Part shown: positions 7,367-14,859 of the stretch, piece by piece
Layout of the letters: every line of letters starts with the position of its first letter
How positions within the stretch are numbered: the stretch's first letter is position 1
Assembly: GCF_000015145.1 (NCBI RefSeq)
Contig: NC_008818.1
Span: forward strand, 30,001 to 62,000
Length of the DNA stretch: 32,000 nt
Direction: 5' to 3'
Source: Hyperthermus butylicus DSM 5456
Lineage (GTDB): Archaea > Thermoproteota > Thermoprotei_A > Sulfolobales > Pyrodictiaceae
Translations under genes and position numbers: made by a program
Notes under the pieces: generated by a model
The model's database searches: none
What the model saw: the letters and a program-made list of their open reading frames with translations, nothing else
Told to the model about the DNA's origin: nothing

Positions 7367-8953
7367 ATGGATGTTGTGGTTGTTGATGCATTAGCGCATG
7401 GAAGGTATGCGCGTCGACAGGTAACAGTCGATGTTATAGGTGCTGGTCCCCGAACAGTGGCAGGTGTCCTTGAACAGAAGGGGCTAAACGTAGACCTCTA
7501 CATTGCCGAGGATGTTGTGGAAAATCCGTCGAGACTGCGTGGTTATAGTGCGCTGCTCGTTAGTGGTATGAGTGTTGATGAGCCAACCGTTGCTAGGATT
7601 GTAAGACTTTGGAGGAGAAACTCTAGGGGTCCCGTGATAGTTGGGGGTCCCATAGCTGCTGACCCGGAGTTCCTCGTACGTGTCAGAGGCGATGTAGGAG
7701 TCTATGGCGAGGCGGAGCCCGTGATAGAGAAGCTTGTTGAAACCGGTATATTCGAGCAGCAACGGCTAGATCCGAGAACGCTAGAACGCCTATGCGGAAT
7801 AGTCTACGTCGAGAATGGAGGGAGGCTTCGCGTCAATAGGAGATGCCCGATAATGCCGAGAAGGGTGTGGGAGAGGTATAGGCCTAGCACACGGGTTATC
7901 CGAGGCTATCCACTCTACTGGGCTGCAAGAGTCTACGTTGAGGTTGTACGAGGCTGTAGTAACTATAGCTTCCCAAGGCTCGACGGTATTCTTCCACCAG
8001 AGCTTCTTCCCGAAAAACCAATACCAGGCTGTGCCTACTGTAGCGTCATACCCCTCTACGGCTATGCTAGGAGCAGGAGTATAGACCATGTGTATGAGGA
8101 GGTTAAGGAACTCATAGATCAAGGTGTACATCGCATAGTGCTCAGCGGTCCAGACTTTCTCGACTATGGAAGGGACTGGCTAGTAGAACCTAGCCCCTTG
8201 CTAGATCCGCGTAACCCACCTCCAAACACAAAGGCTATAGCTGAGCTATTGCGGAGGATTACGGCGATACCGGAGGTTTCAAGCGGTGAAGTCTCAGTAA
8301 TGGTTGAAAACATAAAGCCAAACCTAGTCAATGATGAGGTTGTATTGGTTCTTGGAAGATACTTACGCGGAACACCCGTACACATAGGTGCTGAGACCGG
8401 TGATAACAAACTCCTTGAGGCCCTAGGTAGATCGGCAACGGTTTACGAGGTTGTGAAGGCTGTACGGCTTCTACGTAGGCACGGCCTTCGCCCATACGTG
8501 TATATCATGTATTGTCTCCCAGGCGAGACAAGCAGAACAATAAGACAGACAGTGGAATATATGGAAAAGCTCTACAATGCTGGGGCTGAAAAGATAACAG
8601 TCTACAAGTTTACACCCTTGCCCCTATCTTACCTACACAAGCTGGCAGGCACTAACTACGACACCAAATGCCCTAATCCACACCCAGTGAGGCTCCGGGC
8701 GGAAGAGATCAATAAAAGGGCTAAGAGGAGGCTCATAGGGCTAAGGATTCGGGTCATAATTGTAGGCTATTACCGTGGAAGGAGGCCTCTAGGCTACCCG
8801 CTAAAGCACGGCCCTGTAGTCCTACTCGACCGGGGCTCGATAGGAGACCTTGTGGACGCGAGGATAGTTGACGTGATTAGCGATAGAATGGTGGAGGCTA
8901 CAGTGATTAAGCGTATCAAAACGTTGGCAGGAGAATCGATGGAGAGAAGCTAG
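7367..8953 (+). CDS. Radical SAM protein with an N-terminal B12-binding-like/Rossmann domain and a C-terminal TRAM-like domain
   Basis: The N-terminal domain contains LLVSGMS...VIVGGP. The core contains VRGC(x24)CAYC, LSGPDFLDYG, IGAETGDNKLLEALGR and MYCLPGET. The C-terminal LIGLRIRVIIVG...GDLVDARIVDVISDRMVEA resembles a TRAM fold. Confidence 0.8.
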   Translation: MDVVVVDALAHGRYARRQVTVDVIGAGPRTVAGVLEQKGLNVDLYIAEDVVENPSRLRGYSALLVSGMSVDEPTVARIVRLWRRNSRGPVIVGGPIAADPEFLVRVRGDVGVYGEAEPVIEKLVETGIFEQQRLDPRTLERLCGIVYVENGGRLRVNRRCPIMPRRVWERYRPSTRVIRGYPLYWAARVYVEVVRGCSNYSFPRLDGILPPELLPEKPIPGCAYCSVIPLYGYARSRSIDHVYEEVKELIDQGVHRIVLSGPDFLDYGRDWLVEPSPLLDPRNPPPNTKAIAELLRRITAIPEVSSGEVSVMVENIKPNLVNDEVVLVLGRYLRGTPVHIGAETGDNKLLEALGRSATVYEVVKAVRLLRRHGLRPYVYIMYCLPGETSRTIRQTVEYMEKLYNAGAEKITVYKFTPLPLSYLHKLAGTNYDTKCPNPHPVRLRAEEINKRAKRRLIGLRIRVIIVGYYRGRRPLGYPLKHGPVVLLDRGSIGDLVDARIVDVISDRMVEATVIKRIKTLAGESMERS

Positions 8954-9408
8954 TAATATCTATCAACAATATCCTGTAGCTTCTCGACAATACTATCTAG
9001 CTCTTGAAGATCGTTGCGAATCTCGTCCTCAGCGTTGCTGAGAAGACGCGCCCCCCTCCTCCCAAGCACTATACTCTTCTTCAAGAGATCCCTCTCGAGC
9101 TCAGCGCCAACAATTATCATGTACTCGCTCAGCGTGGCAATGTTGCCTCTTATCTCGTCGGTAACATCTTCAAGCCGTACAGCGCCGTTAAGCACGCCCA
9201 TAAGCCGAGAGCGTAGCGTCCTAAGCCTCTTAATGTATGTGAGTGCAAGGGATTGCAACTCCTCATCATAGGGATCTCTGCGTAGCCTAACCAGGACACG
9301 GTTAAGAGCCTTAACAGTCTTAGCATGTCTTGTGGCAACATCTTCTAATACACGGAGCAGCTTATGGGGATCTACAAGACCCTCCTCGCTCACAGCAACA
9401 CCACCCAA
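8950..9408 (-). CDS. Hypothetical helical protein
   Basis: 152 aa with a charged, helical composition and no recognised motif. TTG start at 9408. The alternative GTG at 9393 is preceded by GGGTGGTG. Confidence 0.45.
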   Translation of the reverse strand: MGGVAVSEEGLVDPHKLLRVLEDVATRHAKTVKALNRVLVRLRRDPYDEELQSLALTYIKRLRTLRSRLMGVLNGAVRLEDVTDEIRGNIATLSEYMIIVGAELERDLLKKSIVLGRRGARLLSNAEDEIRNDLQELDSIVEKLQDIVDRYY

Positions 9409-9432
9409 GATAGCTGAGCAGATCAGCTATCT
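9408..9432. repeat. Perfect 10-bp inverted repeat with a 5-nt loop
   Basis: AGATAGCTGA gcaga TCAGCTATCT. It abuts the TTG start codon (9408-9406) of the minus-strand ORF. Confidence 0.85.
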
Positions 9433-9593
9433 AGTGCAATGCACGTACCCTCCTACTAGCCAGGTATCTGACTGAACCCGTATAATATATCCATCGTGTC
9501 AAGCTGAAAGTGATACAAGCCTTATGCTGCCGGGAGGAGAAGGCAAGCTGAGGCAAATAGCTCGAATACACAAAGAGAGGGTATCTGGGGCTT

Positions 9594-9992
9594 TTACTGC
9601 CTTACAACTCTCACGGTAGCTATTGAGTTATCAGCTATACCATACTCTGGCAGTTTTTCGCCGTTAACCCAGACCTCATTCACAGGAACGGAGTCGTCAG
9701 TTTCGACCTTGTAGCGGAACCGGTGCCTACCTGCAACAACAACCTCTATGTACTCTCCTTCGCCGAGCTCGCGGAGAAGCTGCGGGTTGACCTTTGCGGT
9801 ACCCTCACGTAGCTCGTCATGGAATCTCAGCCTTACCCTACGTTCTCGCGGCTTCTTTTCTCTTCCAAGGAGCTGTGATGCTGGCGGAATTAGCGCAAGT
9901 GCACTCCTAATATCTATCTTTTTCTTTGGTACGACCTCCTCTTCTCTTCGCTCTTCAGCCTGCTTCTGCTCGATCTTAGGCTCCTCACTCAA
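9594..9992 (-). CDS. Hypothetical protein: Lys/Glu-rich N-terminus plus a small beta-rich C-terminal domain
   Basis: 132 aa. The only available start is TTG at 9992, with GAGGTG 13 nt upstream. The C-terminal EGTAKVNPQLLRELGEGEYIEVVV...IADNSIATVRVV loosely resembles CDC48-N/AbrB-type barrels; this is a tentative reading. Confidence 0.5.
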   Translation of the reverse strand: MSEEPKIEQKQAEERREEEVVPKKKIDIRSALALIPPASQLLGREKKPRERRVRLRFHDELREGTAKVNPQLLRELGEGEYIEVVVAGRHRFRYKVETDDSVPVNEVWVNGEKLPEYGIADNSIATVRVVRQ

Positions 9993-10062
9993 AGGGAGCC
10001 TACACCTCGCCCCCTAGTTATTCCAAGTTACTATAGCACATCAGCTAGGACTACATAAATAG

Positions 10063-11859
10063 TTAGCTTTTAGTCTCTACGCCAGCGTCAACAATGGTTC
10101 CGAGTTCCTCTATGTCAGCGCCATTTAGGAATCTTCTAAGTGCATCTACTAGCTTGTCAATGCTAACTCTTACTTGCTTCCAGGTGTCCCTATCCCTTAG
10201 CGTAACAGTGTTGTCCTCTAGTGTCTGGTAGTCTACGGTTACAGCAACTGGTACTCCGATCTCGTCAACCCTTGCATATCTCTTACCAATACTGCCATCG
10301 TCATCATAGACTGGGTAGAAGCCGGCATCGAGTACTATTCTAAACACCTCCTTAGCCTTAGCTACGAGTTTCTCGTCCCGCGTCAGCGGAAACACTGCAA
10401 CCTCTATCGGAGCCAGGTACCTTGGAAGGCTAAGTATAGTCCTACCATCTCGCTCTCGATGGGCGTAGTCAAGCGTTACTAGTAACAGCCTCTCAACACC
10501 AAATGATGGTTCTACGACGTGTGGTAGGAATCTCTTCCCGGTAACCTTCTCCTCCTTCTCAATAATCTTAACACGGTCAGCCGGTATCCTAACCTCAGCA
10601 ACCTCTATGAAGCCCTTCTCTGCTAGCTCCTTCTCAGCACTCTCTGGGTCAAGCTCCTGTAGTGCTTGGAGAACCTTCTTGGCTTTCTCTCGGTATGTCT
10701 TTCCAAGCCATGCCCTGTCAACGAATATCATTTTGCGTTTAACGATTACCGGCTCCCTGTACTGTTTGAAGACTCTTAGGTCCTGGCCGCTATGCTTCAT
10801 GTGGCGTGAGAGGTCGTAGTCGGTTCGGTAGGAGTGTCCGGAGACCTCTATCCAGCCAAACCTGCTAACCCTTACGAGCTGGTCGAAGGTCTGGGCAGAG
10901 TAGTGTGCCCTCTCTTCTGGCGGCTTTTCCTCGAAGTACATGTTCTGCTCCGGCACGCCTAGTGCTTTGATAAAGTCTCTGGCAACAGCCATCCAGTATG
11001 CCAGCCAGGGATTAGCAACGATGCGCTCCTCTACAAGCTCTGAGACCTTGTACTCGGAAGGCTCATCAGCACCCTTCTCCTTTTCCTCTGCGCGTAAGAT
11101 ACGAAGCTTTGTATCTCCAACCCTTCCGAGAAGTTCGTCGAGAAGGCCGTTGTGTCCTGGATCCTCGGGATCAAAGAAGAACTCCATCTCGGCTATCGTG
11201 AACTCTCTAAGCCTTATCATTCCTTGTCTTGGTGATATCTCGTTCCTAGCTACTCGTCCTATTTGCGCTATGCCCAGGGGAAGTCTCTGCCTCATAGCCT
11301 CGTAGACTCTCTTAAACGCGACAAACATACCTTGTGCATTCTCAGGCCTAAGGTAGCCAACATTCTCACTATAGGGGCCAATAGTGGTCTTGAATAGTAG
11401 GTTAAATTTCTTGACCTCGCCTAGTTCGCCACCGCAGACTGGGCAGCGGATATCATGCTCTCTTATGAGCCGTGTCATCTCCTCTATGCTCAGTCCCTCA
11501 GCCTTAATGCCAAGCTTCTCTTCTATGAGATGATCAGCCCTAAACTTCCTGCCGCAACGCCGGCACTCCACGATGGGATCAGTGAAGTGCTCAAGGTGTC
11601 CGCTAGCCTCGAAAACTCTTGACGGAGCTATTATGGGCGTCTCGATCTCTACCACGAAGCCTGCGTGGCGGCGGATGAAGAAGTCGCGCCAGAGCTGTAA
11701 AATCTTCTCCTTAAGCCTCACACCGAGAGGGCCGAGATCGTAGAAGCCAGCTACACCACCGTATATCTCGTAGCTTGGCCAGAAGAACCCTCGTCGAATA
11801 GCTAGGTCTACAAGCTTCTCATACTTGTCAACAGGCTTAGCCATCGTTGCAACCCTCAC
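10063..11859 (-). CDS. glyS: Glycine--tRNA ligase (archaeal/eukaryotic-type class II)
   Basis: RRGFFWPSYEIYGGVAGFYDLGPLG, the class II motifs (RNEISPRQGMIRLREFTIAEMEFF; VVEPSFGVERL) and a C-terminal anticodon-binding domain are present. GTG start at 11859; the alternative ATG is at 11844. Confidence 0.95.
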   Translation of the reverse strand: MRVATMAKPVDKYEKLVDLAIRRGFFWPSYEIYGGVAGFYDLGPLGVRLKEKILQLWRDFFIRRHAGFVVEIETPIIAPSRVFEASGHLEHFTDPIVECRRCGRKFRADHLIEEKLGIKAEGLSIEEMTRLIREHDIRCPVCGGELGEVKKFNLLFKTTIGPYSENVGYLRPENAQGMFVAFKRVYEAMRQRLPLGIAQIGRVARNEISPRQGMIRLREFTIAEMEFFFDPEDPGHNGLLDELLGRVGDTKLRILRAEEKEKGADEPSEYKVSELVEERIVANPWLAYWMAVARDFIKALGVPEQNMYFEEKPPEERAHYSAQTFDQLVRVSRFGWIEVSGHSYRTDYDLSRHMKHSGQDLRVFKQYREPVIVKRKMIFVDRAWLGKTYREKAKKVLQALQELDPESAEKELAEKGFIEVAEVRIPADRVKIIEKEEKVTGKRFLPHVVEPSFGVERLLLVTLDYAHRERDGRTILSLPRYLAPIEVAVFPLTRDEKLVAKAKEVFRIVLDAGFYPVYDDDGSIGKRYARVDEIGVPVAVTVDYQTLEDNTVTLRDRDTWKQVRVSIDKLVDALRRFLNGADIEELGTIVDAGVETKS

Positions 11860-11952
11860 CCAGCAAGAGCCCTTTACACGCGGATATATTACTCGCCCCC
11901 GTCTAGTAAAGCCAATGCACGCAACGAGGCTCCTAGGGGTGCATAGTAGGCC

Positions 11953-12891
11953 ATGGGTATAGCTGAACTATATCTCTCAAGGAGCAGCCTCCTCTTTGGC
12001 GGCGTTGAGGTGCCGCTAGAGCGGGCTGAGGCAGTTATTGTTGGTGTACCATTTGACTATACGTCAAGCTACCGGCCTGGCTCGCGCTTTGCCCCCCGTG
12101 CGATAAGAGAGGCAGCTGCAAACATAGAATTCTATTCGCTGAGAGCGAATCTTGACGTGGAAAATATAGGTATAAGCGATCTAGGCGACATAGCAGTATC
12201 ATCGCAGCCCCTTGAAACATTGCAGCGTATCGAGCAGGTGACAAGAGAACTGCTCGAGAATATGCAAGATAAGCTGCTAATAGTGCTCGGTGGTGAACAT
12301 ACAATAACGCTTGGTGTTGCCAAGGCCCTAGCAGCTACAAGGGAGCAACCACTATGCCTCATAGTCTTTGATGCCCACCTCGATCTCCGACAGGAGTACA
12401 TGGGCGAGAAATACTCGCATGCTAGTGTCATGAGGAGAGTTGTTGAGCAAGTAACCAGCAACATATTCTACATCGGTGCCAGAGCATTTACAAGCGAGGA
12501 GTTTTCGTATATGCGCAGCCACGGCTTACAAATGGTAACCCCACAGCAAGCCCGGCTCCTAGGGCTAGCTGAGATCGTACGGAGAATCCGTAACTGGGCT
12601 AAATCCAGTGAGTGCAAAACGCTATACATAAGCTTCGACATAGACGCATACGACCCTGCCTATGCACCCGGCGCAGCAAATCCCGAACCTGACGGGCTGG
12701 AAACTTGGCTTGCACTAGAACTCCTACACCGTATCATAATCGAGGTACCGGCAACCATTGCAGTCTTTGACTTAGTAGAGGTCTCACCACCCTACGACTG
12801 CTCCTGGATAACGAGCATACTAGCAGCAAAAACAGTGGTAGAAGCCATAGCCGCAAACCATGTAGCGCGCCGAGCAGCTAGACAGCCTTGA
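11953..12891 (+). CDS. speB: Agmatinase / arginase-family ureohydrolase
   Basis: Mn-binding motifs GGEHTIT, FDAHLDLR and SFDIDAYDPAYAPG are present. The substrate (agmatine versus N1-aminopropylagmatine) cannot be decided from sequence. Confidence 0.85.
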   Translation: MGIAELYLSRSSLLFGGVEVPLERAEAVIVGVPFDYTSSYRPGSRFAPRAIREAAANIEFYSLRANLDVENIGISDLGDIAVSSQPLETLQRIEQVTRELLENMQDKLLIVLGGEHTITLGVAKALAATREQPLCLIVFDAHLDLRQEYMGEKYSHASVMRRVVEQVTSNIFYIGARAFTSEEFSYMRSHGLQMVTPQQARLLGLAEIVRRIRNWAKSSECKTLYISFDIDAYDPAYAPGAANPEPDGLETWLALELLHRIIIEVPATIAVFDLVEVSPPYDCSWITSILAAKTVVEAIAANHVARRAARQP

Positions 12892-13081
12892 CGAGCTTTC
12901 TACCCGGAGGCCTAACCTTGTATACAACCCTATAGCCACAGTAGGGACACTTAATCGTAGGCATATACTCTAGGTCGAGGGCGCTAAACTCCATGCCACA
13001 CCTGCCGCACTTGTAGCGTATCAGCGACTTATCCTCTATAACGCCATACTCGCCCGCTTCACGTGGCTCATAAAGCTCCAT
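12878..13081 (-). CDS. rpoP: DNA-directed RNA polymerase subunit P (Rpo12/RPABC4)
   Basis: The zinc ribbon reads YKCGRCGMEF...IKCPYCGYRVVYKVRPP. I prefer the ATG at 13081; the extension to 13279 in the track is implausible. Overlaps the agmatinase 3' end convergently by 14 nt. Confidence 0.8.
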   Translation of the reverse strand: MELYEPREAGEYGVIEDKSLIRYKCGRCGMEFSALDLEYMPTIKCPYCGYRVVYKVRPPGRKLVKAV

Positions 13082-13199
13082 AACTTGCACCCGGTAGGGT
13101 GGTAAGCTGGCCCCGAAATCCTTATAAGAATAGCTCTGGGGGGAGGTGCTGACTGGACACAAAGCGTAGAGACAACGCTTGAAGGGTAGGTATACTCCC

Positions 13200-13511
13200 A
13201 TGAGCGGGGAACTATCCTCGATATGTGGCGGACTTCCCCCAGAGCTGTGCGAGCAGCTTGCACGTGAACAGCAAATCATAAAGATAAAGCTCGAGAAGAG
13301 ACGCTACGGCCGCGAAGTAACAATCATAGAGGGCCTTGACGAGCGTGAGGTTAACCTGAAAAAGCTAGCCTCTGAACTCAAGTCTAGGCTAGCAACCGGC
13401 GGAACATACAAGAATGGTAGGATCGAACTCCAAGGAGACCATCGTCACCGCGTAAAGGAGATACTTGTTGAGATGGGGTTCCCGGAGGAAAACATAATAA
13501 TAGTAGAGTAG
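13200..13511 (+). CDS. sui1: Translation initiation factor aSUI1 (eIF1 homolog)
   Basis: [19 protein letters not shown]...[23 protein letters not shown] matches the SUI1 family. ATG at 13200 is preferred over the TTG at 13179. Confidence 0.9.
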   Translation: MSGELSSICGGLPPELCEQLAREQQIIKIKLEKRRYGREVTIIEGLDEREVNLKKLASELKSRLATGGTYKNGRIELQGDHRHRVKEILVEMGFPEENIIIVE

Positions 13512-13526
13512 TAATAGTAGAGTAGT
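13498..13526. repeat. Perfect tandem duplication (2 x 14 nt) across the sui1 stop codon
   Basis: AATAGTAGAGTAGT occurs at 13499-13512 and again at 13513-13526. Confidence 0.9.
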
Positions 13527-13728
13527 GATGTAGCGGCAGCATAGCTATACGTGCAGCCTAGCTGTTTTGTCGCTATATTAGGTAATGCTCAAGCCCTGGT
13601 GGTGGCTGGGCAAGCTTCATAGTTCCTGCAGGCTTACAATGCAATGTTTTCCGACGGTTGGCTCGCGACATTCCACAAGCTCCATGCTGTGTTATGATTG
13701 GGTGTGAGAGTGAGCTGTGACTAAAAGC

Positions 13729-13735
13729 TTATAAA
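13729..13735 (+). promoter_or_regulatory. TATA box (with an A-rich BRE-like flank) of the tfb promoter
   Basis: CTAAAAGCTTATAAAC. The TATA centre is ~22 nt upstream of the ATG at 13754, implying a leaderless or near-leaderless mRNA. Confidence 0.6.
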
Positions 13736-13753
13736 CCCCTACTAAGGAATAGG

Positions 13754-14776
13754 ATGTGTTGGGCTTTAAAGGGTTTCGGGCCATACCCCCCGGGGTACTA
13801 TGCTGTTGGGTGGGGCTACGTGTTTGAGGAAGGTTATACCCCCGTAGAGGGGGGAGAGGAGAGCGAGGCAAAAGAAGGTATCGGGGATCGGTGCCCCCCA
13901 GAATATATTGTATTCGATGAGGAGAGAGGCGAGTATATCTGCACGCTTACTGGCGAAGTTGTAGAAGATACTGTTATCGATACTGGGCCGGAATGGCGTG
14001 CCTATACCCCAGAGGAGAAGACGAAACGTAGTCGTGTCGGTAGCCCACTGACACACACGCTTCCAGACTATGGTGTTCTCACAACTATCTCTGGCTACCG
14101 TGACGCCACTGGACGGAAGCTCGAGGCTAGGCTGCGTATAGAGGCTAGTAGGCTGCGCAGACTACAAGCCAAGCTGCGTGCAACAACTAGCATTGAGAAG
14201 AACATTGAGCAGGCTGCTAGGGAGATTACTCGCCTCATTGAGGCGCTCAACCTGCCCCGTAGCGTGATAGACACTGCCATGATGATCTATAGACAAGCTG
14301 CAGAGAAGGGTCTTGTGCGTGGCAGAAGCCTAGAATCCATGGCTGCGGCAGCTGTCTATGCAGCTTGCAGGATTAGGGGTATACCTAGGAGCATTGACGA
14401 CATAGCAGAGCTTGTGAAGGGCGGTAGGAAGGAGGTTGCTAGGTGCTACAGGCTCATAGTGAGAGAGTTAAGGCTCCGCATGCCGATAGTGGATCCGGTA
14501 CGCTACGTATCAAGGATAACTTCAGCTCTTCGGCTGAGCCCGGCGGTTGAAAAGAGGGCTGCTGAGATCCTAATCAGGGCTCGCAAGATGGGGCTTACGG
14601 CAGGCAAGGATCCAGCTGGCCTTGCAGCAGCGGCGATATACATCGCCGCTCTTGAACTCGGCGAGAGGAGGACACAGAAGGAGATAGCTGCAGCAGCGGG
14701 TGTAACCGAGGTAACTGTTAGGAACCGCTACAAGGAGCTAGTCCAGAAGCTCAATATAACCCTTCCAGCACAGTAG
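13754..14776 (+). CDS. tfb: Transcription initiation factor B (TFB/TFIIB)
   Basis: B-finger/linker GPEWRAYTPEEKTKRSRVG, two cyclin-fold repeats (RGRSLESMAAAAVYAACR; GKDPAGLAAAAIYIA) and C-terminal TEVTVRNRYKEL are present. The TATA box TTATAAA lies at 13729-13735. Confidence 0.95.
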   Translation: MCWALKGFGPYPPGYYAVGWGYVFEEGYTPVEGGEESEAKEGIGDRCPPEYIVFDEERGEYICTLTGEVVEDTVIDTGPEWRAYTPEEKTKRSRVGSPLTHTLPDYGVLTTISGYRDATGRKLEARLRIEASRLRRLQAKLRATTSIEKNIEQAAREITRLIEALNLPRSVIDTAMMIYRQAAEKGLVRGRSLESMAAAAVYAACRIRGIPRSIDDIAELVKGGRKEVARCYRLIVRELRLRMPIVDPVRYVSRITSALRLSPAVEKRAAEILIRARKMGLTAGKDPAGLAAAAIYIAALELGERRTQKEIAAAAGVTEVTVRNRYKELVQKLNITLPAQ

Positions 14777-14808
14777 CTTGGACACTACTCAAGCCTCCGG
14801 TAGCTAGG

Positions 14809-14813
14809 TTTTT
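14809..14813 (+). terminator. Oligo-T tract downstream of tfb
   Basis: TTTTT lies 33 nt after the tfb stop. Archaeal termination typically uses T-runs. The signal is weak and does not exclude read-through into the LysRS homolog gene. Confidence 0.3.
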
Positions 14814-14859
14814 CCCTCCTCCAGGCCCCCAGGCCCTGTTACCGGGTGTGTTCTAGCCC

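Noticed and set aside
9500-9552. C/D-box-like pattern (AGTGATA ... CTGA) with a repeated CAAGCTGA 8-mer at 9500-9507 and 9544-9551
   Set aside because: The C box deviates at two positions. The C-to-D distance (32 nt) is too short for two 12-nt guides plus D'/C' boxes, and no D'/C' boxes are visible.
13525-13720. GTGATGT (13525-31) and ATGATTG...CTGT motifs in the sui1-tfb spacer as possible C/D sRNAs; small ORFs of 22-40 aa
   Set aside because: No canonical D box (CTGA) lies at the right spacing. The small ORFs have implausible, Trp/Cys-rich sequences and no start signals.
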